The translations under genes and the position numbers were made by a program. The notes beneath the pieces are model-generated. The model was given only the letters and a program-made list of their open reading frames with translations. It did not search any database and was not told the DNA's origin. A stretch of 64,000 nucleotides of DNA, from NCBI RefSeq assembly GCF_009834535.1, contig NC_045697.1, forward strand, positions 69,876,001 to 69,940,000. The letters run 5' to 3'. Numbering within the stretch: the first letter of the stretch is position 1; the number at the start of each line of letters is the position of its first letter. Positions 48,535 to 62,252 of the stretch are shown in pieces. The stretch comes from Camelus ferus (Eukaryota).

Positions 48535-48870
48535 AGCAACTTTATTGAGGTATCTTTGGAATATAAAGATTGTATATGTTTAAGGAATATAACTTGATGT
48601 TTTGATATATGTACACATTGTGAAAAGACCACCATCAGGCGAAGTAACTTATCCATCACCTCTACTTAGTTACTAATTGTTACTTTACTTAGTTACTCTA
48701 CTTAGTTCCTATTGTGTGTTCGTGTGTGTGCGTGTGTGTGTTGAGAAGATTTAAGATTTATCCCCCTTAGCAAATTTCAAGTATACAATACAATATTGTT
48801 AACAGTCATCACTATGCCTACATTAAATCTACAGAACTCATTCATCTTGTATAACCCAAACTTTGTACCC
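48535..48870 (-). mobile_element. L1MA-like 3' end in ADH7 intron 1
   Basis: ctttattgaggtat..ttagcaaatttcaagtatacaatac..aactttgtaccct. Confidence 0.8.
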
Positions 48871-49319
48871 TACTTAAGAATACTTTGACTCTTTTGCCCA
48901 ATAATCCCTTTTAGAAAATCTAACTTAAAGAAGTGGTAAATTCAGAAAAATATTAATATAAATTATAGGTCATCAAGCACTATTTATAAGAAGAGATATA
49001 TAAACAATATGTGTAAACAAATACATAGGTAATAATAGAGAAGTGATGAAATAAATTATAAATCTAGAAATTAGAGTTAGACATTTTAAAAAGATTTGTA
49101 AATTGTTATAAATTTTGAGAATGCTTCTATTAAGTTGGAAAAACAGGACAGAATATTTATACATTGTGTGAGTGCAACTACATAAAATATGGATGGAAAA
49201 ATGTAAGGAGGGAGATAAAAACAAAAATGAAATCAGTGGTGAGTCTTTAGGATGTAAGACTATAGTTGATTTTTTTCTCCTCATATTTTCTGATTATCCA
49301 GATTTTCTAGAATGATTAT

Positions 49320-49712
49320 TGTAATGGGCTGGATTGTGTTCCCCTCAAATTCATATGTTGAAATCTGGATCCCCAGTACCTCAGAATGTCTCTGTATTTG
49401 GAGATAGGGTCTTTTAAGGGGTAACTAAGTTAAAATGAGGTCATTGGGGTGAGTCCTAATCCAGTCCAACTGGTGTCTTTATAAGCAGAGATTAGGTCAC
49501 AGACATGTTCAGAGAAAAGACCCTGTGAAAACACAGACAGAAGGTGTCTTGTCTCCATCCACAATCTAAGGAGAGAGGCCTCAGGGGAAACCAGCCCTGC
49601 CGACACCTTGATCTCAGACTACCAGATTCCGGAACTGTGAGAAAATAAATTTCTGTTGTTTAAGCCACCCATTCTGTGGAACTTCGTCACGGCCGCCCTA
49701 GCAAACTAATCA
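49320..49712 (+). mobile_element. MaLR solo LTR (MLT1A0-like) in ADH7 intron 1
   Basis: tgtaatgggctggattgtgttccc ... aataaatttctgttgtttaagccaccc..gcaaactaatca. Confidence 0.85.
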
Positions 49713-51007
49713 TCTATTAACTTTTTAGTTAAAAAACATTTATTACAAAAAAAGAAAAAAGTAATCCCAAATGTAAAGAGACGTTCTCCTTTCCTGAGCC
49801 GCACTGAAACCCTAAGGCAACTTGGGAAATTCAGGACCCTTACGCAAACCACTCTATTGCACGCCTATCTCTATAGCTTTTATGCTATATCTTAAGTTAT
49901 ATATTGCATCATTAATTATAATTGGAAAGTGCTGCCTTGAGGCTACTGAGTCACTGGAAATGTTCTAACAATGGCTAGATAACCACTTTATAGAGGTAGC
50001 ATAATTAAAGTCAAGCACCTGTTGGTTGGATGGAGTTGCACATTTTTAAGATTTCTTCCAACCCTAAGATTCATTAATTTCTGTGGGTAGAGTTGCTAGC
50101 CTGCATAGTCCAAAATTAATTCCATAATTAATCTAGTTTTGCTGGGACTTTACCCAAGCTAAAATGCTTTTATTCTGTTTTATTCAATTCCAGGAACAAT
50201 TATTTCAAATTCTAACATCAGAAGTCCTCCTCACTTGTCATACTACCCAGACTTCAAATGTCATCTTCATTTTTTCTAAAACGTTAAGGTAGGCTAAATG
50301 CAAAATTGTTTAAATAAAACCAAAACAAAAATACCTAATACTATAAACAATTGTGTATCCACTTAAAGCAAGGAACTATACTAACCAACTTGCAAATGGA
50401 AAAAATGCCAAAGCTATTTCTAAAGTTAATGCCAACTCTGTTTTTAAAGAATGAACACATTTTACCTACAGTGTATTCTTGTTTTTAAAGATTTTAAAAC
50501 TTATATTCTGATGAAAACTGCATCCTTAAGAAACCTTAAAAGCATGATACTTTGCATTCCAGATTTAGCATCATTCCATTGTCAACAGCAGGAAAATCTT
50601 TTCTGACAGCTGAGAATGAGACCTTGGTCTCCCATTGGACTACAGTAGTGAATACAACACGTGCTGTTGAAAGTCTCCTTATGGAAACATTTTGCTCACC
50701 AGTGCAAATGCCCAGCTATCCCAAAATTAAATTACTAACATCAATAGAAACCATGTTTCTCCACCCCCCTCAATGTCTTAGTGAAAAACCTTCTATATGT
50801 TGCTTTAACCTATTCCTATTGGCATTTTCTGAAACCCCACCCAGTGCTTCCCTCCCCCAACCCACCCCCAGTGTGTGCGTGCTCAACAGACATTTAATTC
50901 CTCAAGAAATAGCCCCACGTATTTAATTACATGAAGGTATCTCAAGTTCTAACAACCAACCCCCCATTATTAGAATAATAACAAGGATACAGAAATGTTC
51001 TGCATAC

Positions 51008-51025
51008 TTTTCCAGTAGTGCCCAT
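51008..51025 (-). pseudogene. ADH7: ADH7 exon 1, coding part (MGTTGK)
   Basis: gacagg ATG GGC ACT ACT GGA AAA|gtatg; upstream catcagtcagaaaaagtct resembles the ADH7 5'UTR. Confidence 0.88.
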
Positions 51026-51200
51026 CCTGTCTCTCTCTTCATTCTGTATTTCAGTAAACAGAGACTTTTTCTGACTGATGTCCAGCTCAGTCTGCTGTAA
51101 TTAAAAATATTTTGTGCCTTCTGCCTTCAGCAATATGACTCAAAGCCTTCAAGACTCTACAGTCATCCATGAGCCCCACCCTAAACAGTCAAGTTGTGAA
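51026..51200 (-). promoter_or_regulatory. ADH7 5'UTR and proximal promoter remnant with AP-1 site TGACTCA (51136-51142)
   Basis: Perfect AP-1 heptamer about 110 bp upstream of the ATG. Confidence 0.55.
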
Positions 51201-53307
51201 AATAAATATAGTAACTTTTAATGATCAAACCATGGGTAGAGATCTAACAAAGACAGAATAATAAAACCCACTGAAAATGCCTGAGAGCTTTCTTAACTAC
51301 TTTATATCTGGGGATGTAAAAGTGGGTCAGTTTAGTTCAGCTCAACACAACTGATTAAAACCTTCTTTCGCTTTTCTGCTGGGCACAGCTGATTTTGGGG
51401 ATATGTGTGCGTGTACATTTATACTCTACTTCATGCTACAAAGAATTGATGTAGTTTGTGGAAAACATATAATTAAACATAAGTGAAAATAAGGTCAAGG
51501 AAATGTAAACAAATTGAATAGAAGGTAAATATTGGGAGAACGGAGTTGGGGGTATATAGAACATAGATACCGTCAGCTATGGTTTCTAGACGTTTGGGGG
51601 AAAAAAAAATAAGTAAAACTTGTGGCCTCTGCATGTAGACAAATTGTGACCTGAACCCAAATCACCATTATACACAGAGCTGTCCCATATGGTTGTACAG
51701 GTTGTGCATGACACAAACGCACATAGTGCGGGGCAGACGGGGAACTGAAGTCCAGCCTGTATACAGGCTCTCAAATGCCAAAGGGCTTTCCTTTACTTGG
51801 GCAAGTGCTTCACTCTTCTGAAGTAACTTTAACTCCTTCAAGCCACGATTTCTTAAAATCAGATGCAATGATGCTAGAATCTCCTGAATCGACTGTCTAT
51901 ATTGATCGAGTGTCTAGGACTGATTTTATTTTTTACAGTTTTTGGGGGTACACTAGCACATTCACCTCCAAGTACATTCATTCATTCTACACAAAAGAGA
52001 TTCTACTCTTGTGGAGTCAGTCAGTGAGGCAGGTTTTCTAAGTCTTCAAAACTGTTCCGATCATGAAATATTTTTCAGACAACAAAAATGGACAAAACTT
52101 TCTTTTAAAAAACTGGGGTAAACTTTGCTACAGATATCTGTCTCAATGCAAAAGTGTTGTAGGTTCAATTTAAAATCTATATGCCTAATTCAGAATTAGC
52201 AATTAAAATAGTAATTCTAATTTATCTCAGCCACAAAAAAATTGTTTCCTTATTAAAAAAAAATGTTTTCTTATGAACAAAGGCAGAATAGTACCAGCGT
52301 GGGTGGTGCCAGCACAAATGTACAAATGCTCATTTGGTAAACTCCCTCTTAAAGGCCTTGACAAAATCTTATAGGACTTAATCTGGAACACAAAGTTTTA
52401 TAAGAACATAGTAAGTCGAGTGAGGTTTAATATCTATATAAATCTTTACAGTCCTAATCCCTCCTGTAGGAGAATTGATTGGGTGTTAAAAAGACAAAAG
52501 CTGAAACTTGCAAGGTAACCTATTAGAAAAAAAAGAGCTAAAAAAATTCATGGTCATGTTGCATGGTACATGTCATCCATCGGTCCTAATTTTTGGTTTG
52601 GAAAAGTTACCAACTGAATCTCTCTTGTAAACTCTTTTACACTGTTTCTATGAAATTCTGGGGCCAGACCTCTCAAAAAACTTAATCTCCTAAATGCTGT
52701 GAACCTGATTCTACTCCAGAGTTTCCAAGAGCTTCTAAAGAAAGGTGCTGATCTCGAAGCACCCACTGAGCTCCAATTTGCTTGGGACAGGATGCTTGGG
52801 ATCTGGAAGAACTTTGAGAAACGTACTGCAGGAGTATGGGCTTTGGAGTGAGAAACAGCTGGTTCAGGGCCTGGAGCCTGGCTTGAATATGTATGACCTC
52901 AACACCACATCTGTAAAATGGGAGTAATAATCACCAAATTATGTCTTGAGGATTAATGGTGAGGACTGAAAGCACTTCCTGTTCTGCCTCGTTCAGAATC
53001 AGTTGCAAATATTGTTAACCTGGTTCCCATTGGTAACCAAGGGCTTAGATTTTAAAAATATTTAAATTGTAACCACTTGGAATAAAATGACCCAAGTCCA
53101 GGTTCAGTAAATGTCTTGCAGAGATCAACTGTGCGGTCCCAGAAGCCTCTAAAATTTCCCAAGAGTTTGGGACCAAGGATCTTCTGAACCTAGAGGTAAT
53201 ACCAGGAATTCAGGGAGACAGAATATGATCCATCTGGGGAGTGGCCAACCCTCCCGGTGTGCCCAGGATTGAGGGGGCTCCTGGGAGGCCAGATTTTCAG
53301 GGGTAAA

Positions 53308-53737
53308 TGTTGTGGGATGAGGTAGGCCGGTACTGCAGGTGGTAAAAGATTTTACCAGAAACAAAGAAAAGTGAAAGAAAAGTTTATTAGGTACACTGCT
53401 ACAGGCAACAGCAGACTGACAGATGAGCAGTGTCTGTGTGCTCTGAGGGCAGATTCTTAGGGTCTTTATAAGGGAGGGCCTGCCCACCTATGTGCTTTAA
53501 GGAAGAGGGTCATTTTGGAGGTTTCCAGACGTCAGCTGATCATCATCTAAGGGCTTGTGTTTGTTATGCCCGGGGAAGGCACAGTTTCTCTTTAGGACGA
53601 GGTAGGTCATCTGGTGGGCTTGAGGAACTTTCGGGGGGGAGGGGTTTGTTAGGTCACAACTCAGGGTTGTTAGTTGGGCTAAAACAATTACATGTTGGGA
53701 GAGGAATGTTCTTTGTGTTTTCTGGTTTATGTCTTCA
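53308..53737 (-). mobile_element. ERV solo LTR
   Basis: TG..CA ends; minus-strand TTATAAA (53465-53471) followed by AATAAA (53383-53388). Confidence 0.65.
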
Positions 53738-56700
53738 TGACGTGAGTGATGAGGGTGCGGGCAGACCTCCTGGGCCTGGAGCCCCCTTTGGCTCTCTGTG
53801 GGGCCTCTTACTTGTCCTCGAACCCCACACTAAACCCAGGAGAGTCCCTGGCAGGGGCAGCCAGGTGGGTCACCCTCTGCACACCCTGCCTCACTGCACA
53901 GTCTGTGAGTGTGTGGGGTGCACACGGGCATGGGCGCTTCAGGCTGTCAGCCCTCCTCTCTCATGTCCCGGACCCTCATCCTCAGGAGCAGCCTTCTGTC
54001 ACGGACCCCAACCGGGACTCTGATCAGCCAGCCTCATAATGACAGCAGGGGAGTAAGTACAGTCACCGGGGTCAGGAGAACCAGGTTTGACTGTCACCTG
54101 TAGCAGTGACTGGTAAGTGCTCGTGACAAGACGCTGAATGCTCTGAACTTCACAATGAGAGGGAATTACACCGACAGCGGGGCCTGTGAAGCTGAAGTAA
54201 GGCACCGCATGTGGAAATGCCTGTCAAACTGCCAAGCGCTCAGTACGTGGGAACGACAGTGAACTGGATGTGTGTTTGTGTGTGTATAACTGAATCGCTT
54301 TGCTGGACACTGAAATGAACACTGTAAATCAACGACACTTCAATTTTTAAAAAAAGAAGAAAGAAAATGACAGTAAGTGATAGCCCTCAGGTTGAGAAAG
54401 TAAGAAAAGGGCCCTTGTGTGCCCAGGGAGATGGAGCTCAGTTTACTGCTGAGTCATTAATAGCAGAAACAGTTCTGCACTTGCAGGATCCAGCAGCACA
54501 CAGCCTCCGGCCACCAGCATCACAACGGGCACTGCTGGCTTTTGTTCTGCCTTAGCAAACCAGTCCTTAAGGGTGGAGTTTTATTCTGGCCTTCAAACAC
54601 TACAAACTCAGGTGGTAAGTCCAACAACCAGCTGCGACCCACTCTTTAATCTCTCGCTCTGCCTGGCCGCACGAGGAGGGGCCCTGCTGGAAAAGCAGGG
54701 TTGAGATGGGGTTTCAGGAGCTCTGCCCTGGCAGGTGGAGATTCAGCTAATCCTTTTTCAGGCGCGTTGTGCCAGCTTTCAGAATTGCTGTCTGAGATTA
54801 TATTTGGCATTTTCAGAAAATTTTCTTCTGCTTGCACACCCTGGCTAAGAAAAGACTCCAAGGCAGATTTTTCATAAGGCAAGGGCTTCACATCTGTTCC
54901 ACATACACTCTCCACTGTACTTATCCCACCAACCGACTGTGCTGGTTGAGGAGAATTTCTGTTCAAGGTCAGGAATTGTGGAAAAAGTATAAACCCAAGT
55001 TGTTTTGTTCCCTTTAAGCTACCCTTTAAACATACACACACACACACAGTGAAATTGGTTTTGGTGTGTATCTTGCTGAGGACAAGCTAAAAGTAACTCC
55101 AAGGCGCCAAGACCCAGCAGTTCTTCAGTACAAACACGAGCTTATGGGTTGCTTCTTGCAGAGGACAGGCCACAAACCATCACAGCAACTGGAAGGCAGC
55201 TGCCTGAGATCTGGAAGGCAGGATCATGGCCTTGGAAAGAAAGCCAAGGTGGCTCTGGGAGGCCTTGCTGTCATTAAGTCAAGTTCATTGATTTGTTCTC
55301 CCTTTGCATCTATTCCCACAGTTCCCCTCAGGGCTTGTCTTGGTAAAACATGGTGTAGGATTCTGGAATGTTAGCACCAGATGTAGTCGCAGACCACTTC
55401 TCCATTGCCCAAGACCACTCTGTGTTCAGAGGGAACTCTCAGAAGAACCCTGGGCTGCAGCAATGCGGTAGGTCCCAGTGGGCCCCCACCTCAACTCTTG
55501 TGGTTTTTCTTTGACCTGTTTATACTGGAAGTTGAGGAAGAAGAGGAGATTCCTCTGGGCTTTTGTGGGAGGGAGAAAGAACTGCCTGTGTTTTCTAAAG
55601 CATAAAAGTAGAAACATGCATGCAACTCTTAAGACTATTTTGGTCTCAGAAAAAGGAAAAATTTCAATATGAAATTGGTTAACAAAGTTTTTGAGCTGCT
55701 TATCATTAAAAGGGCAGAGTCATCTGGCAAGTAATACCAAGCAAACTCCTGCATTGTTGGAAAGGTCAGGCTAACCTTAGTATCATCAGGGACAGAAGCA
55801 TAAGAACTGGTCATTGAAAATGCAAGGGATCGCTAAGACATAGACACCTAGGCTGGAGCCTGCAGACATCACTGTGATTTCCTTCATCCACTCCAGTGAA
55901 CTGCTGTTACTGGCTGCTGGGAATGGGAAGCCAGGCTTGGATCCACATATCTCAGTATGTTGGGGGTCTAAGTCTTCTCAAATAATCATATAACATTAAC
56001 CTTAAAATGTGGGAGTTTTTGCAGGGATGGGTGAGGAAGGTGAAAGAAAGGAAGAAGAAGTACAATCTTAAATTATAGAAAAGTCACAACATTAATCAAC
56101 TCTTCAACTCTTTTCTTCCATCTTCTGGAACCGGTAACAGCTTCATGGCTGTCTGGGCCTTCCGGGCACAATGGGAATGCCGCTGTCACAGTGAAGCAGC
56201 TATTTCCCGGTCTGCTGCTCCACACAGCCACTCCTTGTGTTTTAAATTATCTTTAAGATGGTTGGAGAGTAGATCCAGGATAATGTTGAATCCCATCTCC
56301 ATGGGACTCTAGTATGATGAGGTTACCTTGGGTCTAGAAACTTCTCAGCTTTGCAAGTTTAAGAACTTGATTTTATGTTATTAGTATTCGTTTGATCAGA
56401 TTCTGAAGGCTGATTCACATGAATCACACCCATGAAGAATTAGTAAACTAGATACCCATTTATAATTTTATAATTGATTAGTTTACGATGCTTGGCACTG
56501 TGACTTTGAACAGATTCTGCACAAGGAACATGATGGACAGATGTAATATTCAAAATACTTATCAAATCTGAAAGGCATGGGCACCAATTAATCAGAATGG
56601 ACCCACAATCCATTATAATAATGCCAATAGGTTTGCTATTTCAGGACATATTAGGGAGATGGCCCTGGAGATGGGGGCAAGAGTACCCCTACTACCTGCC

Positions 56701-58175
56701 AGATTCTAATATATGATCAATTTACGTGGGTTTTTTTCATTGAAAACTTATAATGACCCTTTGAGGAAGGCATTAAAAAAACTGGGTATGAGAGATTTCA
56801 GATACCTGCTCTATTTCACTGCCACGGATAGTAAAATAGAGTCTGGCTTTACACACAGGTAAATGTGCACCGCACTGCAAAGGTAAATTCCCCCCAGTAC
56901 ATTCACACAGGAAACAAATTTAGATCATGTGGTCAGTGATGCCATTGTTAGTTAAAGGAATTCTGTAAATTTTTAGTTTTCCTTATGAATGCCGAGACCA
57001 TCTCTAAAAAATAAGAGCTAGACTTTTGTTTTGTTTTGGCTGGGCTGGGCCAGAATGTCTAGCTCTCTGGACCTTCATGGTTATTCCACATATGGTAGAG
57101 CTGGCTGTGTGTCAGCGCTTGGCAGGAATGAAGCTGCCCAAGGGGCACCTGTGCTATCTTGGGCAGAGGTCACCCTGTGGCCCTCCTCTGGTCCCTAGCC
57201 ACACAGAGACCAATCTTACCAGCCTTCAAAGGAAGCAAATACTTAGGAAATCCTAGGTCTAGGATGCTAGCTTTTCCCCTAGGATTACCAGCCATAGATT
57301 AGAAGTAGACGCTGTGTTTTCAACTTGGGTATAGAATCCTGGTGCCAGATATTAATAAACTCAGCATTCTCTGGGGAAACTCTCAATCTACTGACCTCTG
57401 CACATGGTCTATTCGTATCCAGGTCCTTCAGAGTTACTGCAGCTACCCAGACTGCCACTTTTCTGGAAGCACAGTGGCTGTCACTGCTGGGAGCTTGCCT
57501 GTGCTTTCTCGGGGCCAGTGCCCAATCCAGGCAGAAGAGTCTGTCTCTGGGCAGACCCTTAGTTCTCATCACCTCCATACTTGTTCTATGTATTTGTTCA
57601 TTCATGTATTCATGTGCATACAGTAAATATTTATTGAGCTAGCATAGAGGGTGGATTCTAGCCATATATCTGGAAAGCTTTCCAGGAAAAACAGAAATCC
57701 CCAAGTAATTCTTTGGTACACCTGGGACTGAGAATCATGTTTGTCCATGTTGTCATCCTGAAATAACAACTGAGGAGTCAATGGTAGCCATGGTTCTCTA
57801 GCACTTTGAGTTTTTAAGGCATTTTTGTAGAAATATTATTTTTATTGTCCATTCTGCTTATCCTGGGATATAATATTATAAGCATTTATAGCTCACCTTT
57901 AATGAAGAGGAAACTGAAGATCACTGCTAGTAAATGGCTGTGCCGAGATGGAGAATGTCAGGTCCACTAGTGAAAGCAATCTACTGCAGATGTTCCAGCT
58001 TATCAAGAGTCTCTTACTGAAAGGACTATACCTAAGTCTTCGCTGAGTTTTTCCTTCTAAAGGGTTTATTAGTTTAGGGAACTGAATGACTACAGAAGTT
58101 CCTGCCTCTTACTAAAGGCTTCCACTCAGGCTCCTTTCCCCCAAGCGGACCCGGGCCAAGTCTCTCTATAGCATG

Positions 58176-58194
58176 TTGGCGCCACCTAGTGGTA
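58176..58194 (-). promoter_or_regulatory. CTCF-binding motif
   Basis: Minus strand TACCACTAGGTGGCGCCAA matches the core consensus CCASYAGRKGGCRS exactly. Confidence 0.65.
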
Positions 58195-58362
58195 AACATG
58201 GCACTTTAACTTTGTGACGGGAATAAAAATCTCTTTCAGAGGAATTGGTAGAGTTGGATTAGCAACATTAGTTTGAAAACAATCTTGAATCCAAAACAAA
58301 AACAAAAACAAAACCACCCTGAAATATCCTTCTGACAAGTTTAGATAGTATATAATTGGCTG

Positions 58363-58716
58363 GGTTTTTAGAAATAGTTTTAACTTAAAAAATAATTGAA
58401 TTGTAGTCAGTTTACAATGCTGTGTCAACTTCTGGTGTACGACATGTTTCAGTCATACATATACACATATATATTCCTTTTCATTATAGGTTACAACAAG
58501 ATATTGAATATAGCTGCCTATGCTATACAGTTCCATAGGATATCGCTTATATGTGGAAACTAAAAAGAAAGGACACAAATGAACTTATTTACAAAACAGA
58601 AACAAACTCACAGACACAGAAAGTAAACTCATGGTTATTACCAGGAGGAGAAGTGGGTGGGAAGGGATAAAATGGGAGTTCAGAATTTGCAGATACCAAC
58701 CACTATAAATGAAATA
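58363..58716 (-). mobile_element. Short L1 insertion with a 5' inversion
   Basis: Antisense 3' tip (to about 58530) joined to the sense upstream 3'UTR segment; approximate TSD tatataatt(g/a)gct. Confidence 0.8.
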
Positions 58717-59497
58717 TATATAATTAGCTATTTTTAAAATGGGCACACCAATACTCCTTTCCCCCCTTTTTATAACCTATAGCAATTTTTCCTTAACTAC
58801 AACAAATCAGAAACAAACTATCACCCTAACCTCTCATTATCTGTGAAATATACAATGTGGGTATGCAAATGACAGAGAATGCTCTTTCGTTTTTTTTTTA
58901 TAAACACTTAAACATCAAATGTATAGCACCTCTTCTAATGAATGGAGTATTTCTTCTCACATCCAGGAGAATAGTTGAGAAGCAGTCCATTTTGAGTTCT
59001 CACAGTGATGAATATTTAGGGAGAACACCTGATAGGAACTGAAAGTAATCAGATCCCAAAGCTGGAAAAAGTAAATGTTTTATCTCCCCTTTTCTGTGTT
59101 GTTGGCTGGTGATCTGAAGTAAGCTCATCCATCCTAAATTTCCCCAAGAAACTGAAAAAGCATTTCCATTGTTTTTTTCCCTTTTATTCAGATGAGGGAC
59201 TAGGAGCATGAGAAACAAATAGCTTATTCATGAAAGCCTGAATTTTGCGAAGCTCTCAGCTTCCCCAGGCTGATGACGTAGCATTCCTCTTGGTTATTCC
59301 AAATATGGGACCAGTTCTGCCACCAGCTCTCTGTGTAACTCTGGGTAACTTGCTTATGTTAGCTGAGTTTCAGCTGCGAACACTAGAAATAGACTCCTAG
59401 ATTACTTTAACTCTTATGCACATGCACACACACGCTCACGCACTGATTCTCTTGCCACAGTATCCTGTTTAAAAGCTCCATGCTGCTACAATCACCT

Positions 59498-59826
59498 CGT
59501 ACTGGGTTGAATGGTGGCCCCATTCAACGAAAGATGTGTCTGTATCCTAATCCCTTGGAACCTATGAATGTGACCTTATTTGGGAAAAGGGTCTTTACAG
59601 GGGTAATTAAGCTAAGGATCTCATGATAAAATCATCCTCGATTATTCATGTAGGTCCTAAATCCAATGACAACTCATAAGTAACTCACAGAGGAGATACA
59701 CAGAGAGATGGAGAAGGTCCTGTGAAAACAGAGGCAGAGATTGGAGTCAAGCAGTTGCAGTTAAGGAATGCCTGGAGCCACCAAAAATTGAAAGAAGCAA
59801 AGAAAGATCCTTCTCTAGAACCTTCT
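59498..59826 (+). mobile_element. MaLR LTR (MLT1C/D-like), 3'-truncated
   Basis: gggttgaatggtggccc..gaatgtgaccttatttgggaaaagggtcttt..gaggcagagattggag. Confidence 0.75.
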
Positions 59827-59960
59827 TTATCCTTATGTTGACTGGGAGGCCAATCCCAAGTATCAGGGTAAGAGCCACCCTCTGTCTGGCCTCACAGACG
59901 GGAGGTTGGACCTGGACCGAGGTTACTGGAAATACGGTCCACACGATGCCCTCTGGGGAC

Positions 59961-59964
<4 letters not shown>

Positions 59965-59994
<30 letters not shown>
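59965..59994. repeat. (TG)n microsatellite
   Basis: Direct reading. Confidence 0.9.
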
Positions 59995-59998
<4 letters not shown>

Positions 59999-62252
59999 TA
60001 GGGGTGGGGAGATGTGGGCCAGGCCCTGGGGTAGATCATGACTGTGGGGTGAAGATTATACTGGCCATTAAGGTGCCATGAGATGCAAAATTCAGTTTTA
60101 TGTTTCCTTCAATTCAACTCCCTCCTGTTCTTTCTCACCCTTGGTCACATTTTATTGGCGATCACCACCCAGTTCCATGCACTGGGGAATCAGTGCGGAC
60201 ATGGTAGCTTCTCAGATAAGAGCAGAGCCTTTGAGCCAGAACCCTGGGCTGTGAATCCTGACTCAGCTATTTTCCAGCTGTGTGGCCAAGTTCTGAGTCT
60301 TTGGTGCCTCAGTTTCCTCGTCTATAAAGCAGTGTTAGTAATAGCATCCTCGTATGGCTTTGTGAAGGAGAAATATAAAGTGCTTAGGATAGTAATTGGG
60401 GCATAGAAAGTGTGATAATGTTTGCTTTTTAATTAGTACTGGGAGTGTCTGTTACACTTGGGGCCAGAGCCCTGGGAGATTGGGTGCAGCCTGGAGAAGC
60501 TGGTCAGGAAATGGCAGGAAGTGACCCGCAGAGGAGCCCAGGCTAACAGCCTGTGGTGAGGGGAGGGGCTCGCCAAAGGGACAAGGGAAAACAGGTATCT
60601 TCTGTGAAATACTTTTAGAATTACTTAGTGACCCCTCAGATGAAAGGGAAACTGGAAAAAAACATCTAGACTTGTTGACAACCTAATGGAATGGAAATTT
60701 CAACTATTGTTAGTTCAATTGGTGACCCTGAAGTTCAGGGAATTTTTGGATATCTGTTTCATAAATATTTATTTAAAAAAATGTATAGGGTTCTACTGTT
60801 CTCACTGTTCTATAAGCTGTTCTTTTCACGTAACAACAGCGAGCATCTGCCATGCTATTGCATACCGTTCTGTAGCTTTACCTACGAGTATCTAATCGGT
60901 GCCCTCTTTTATTTCATTTGTGTGTTTGCTATAAAAATCAACACTGTTATGAATATCTGTAGGCTAAATACTGGGCATTATTTTGGATTTTTACAGCCAT
61001 TCTGTGATTGATTTGCTTGGATATGATCTTCGTCTGTATTGGACACCATTTCCTCCTCCTTAATTTCCTGGACACCTGGGTAATGCCTGGAATTAGGCTT
61101 GACCAATAGTGATGAGCCCAGGCCTGGCTGTCACTTCAGCTTCTGTGCTGTACACGCCACCTCCCTGCCCCACCTGGCAGCCTCATCTTCACTCTGGGCA
61201 GGTGGAGGGCGTGCAGGAATGTGGCAAGTCCGCGTCTCTTCCCAAGAGCAAACGTGGACCCTGTGTGAGTTTGTTGTTGAGAAGAAGGCCAAGTTTAAAA
61301 AGATTTAGGAACATACACCTCTGTAGGTTAATGAAAAATGACATGTTTAATTTGTAGTTTAGTGAGCTGTCTCAAAAGATAGAGACAAGCCTTTAACTGA
61401 ACAAATATTTTGCGTGTTTTAGGAGCTTGGTAACCTGTGATACGTTGCAGTACACGGAAGGTCTCAGGGAACTATGCACATCGGAAGTGTTATTTATTTT
61501 ATTGGATGACACAGGGATTCAAAAGTGTACAGGGTTCAGTAGGGGATTAGACCTGTTGTTGGGGATGGGAGGGTTAAGGCCGGGTTTGCTGAATTTGTTG
61601 TTTTTAATGGGAGTTATGAGATGAAGAAATGATTTATTTCGCAGGTAATTGTGTTGGGGGAGAGATGGAAAGTTTGGAATCCAGAACAAAATCATTGGTG
61701 AGATCCTTAAACTGTTTTTTTTCAATTTATTTGATTATTATTTTTAAATTTTGTTTTTTTTTTAGAGTCCACGTATAACTGATAATATACATTTGTCTTT
61801 CTCTGTCTGGTGTCACTAAGCATAATACTTCCAGGTCCATCCATGCTGTTGCAGATTTAAAAAAAAATTTATTACTGTAATTTTTTTTGCAGATTCTTTT
61901 TTAAGCCGTTTGAGACGGATGGGCACTGGAGGCAGGGGAAGGGGCACTGGAGTTGCAGGGCTCAGTTCTCCCCCAGCCCCTGCTGGCACCGACAGCATGT
62001 GTGCTCAGGCGCTTCCGTAATAAAAGTACTCTTCCATCTTTTTTCATAAAAAAATTAGCATATTCACTATGCTCCAGACATTGTGCATTATCACATTAAA
62101 TCTGAAGGATTTCTGAGGCTAATAGTTTTATTATGTACAGTTAACAGATGAGACTGAAGCCTCAGCAGTGAAGTAACTTAACCCCCAATCACACAGGTAG
62201 TATTGGAACTGGAATATAAATCCCTCTGCCTGGCTGCAAAGCCCACGCTCTT

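Noticed and set aside
53490..54039. 177-aa and 97-aa ORFs
   Set aside because: They span an LTR and GC-rich flank, with no homology or splice context I can support
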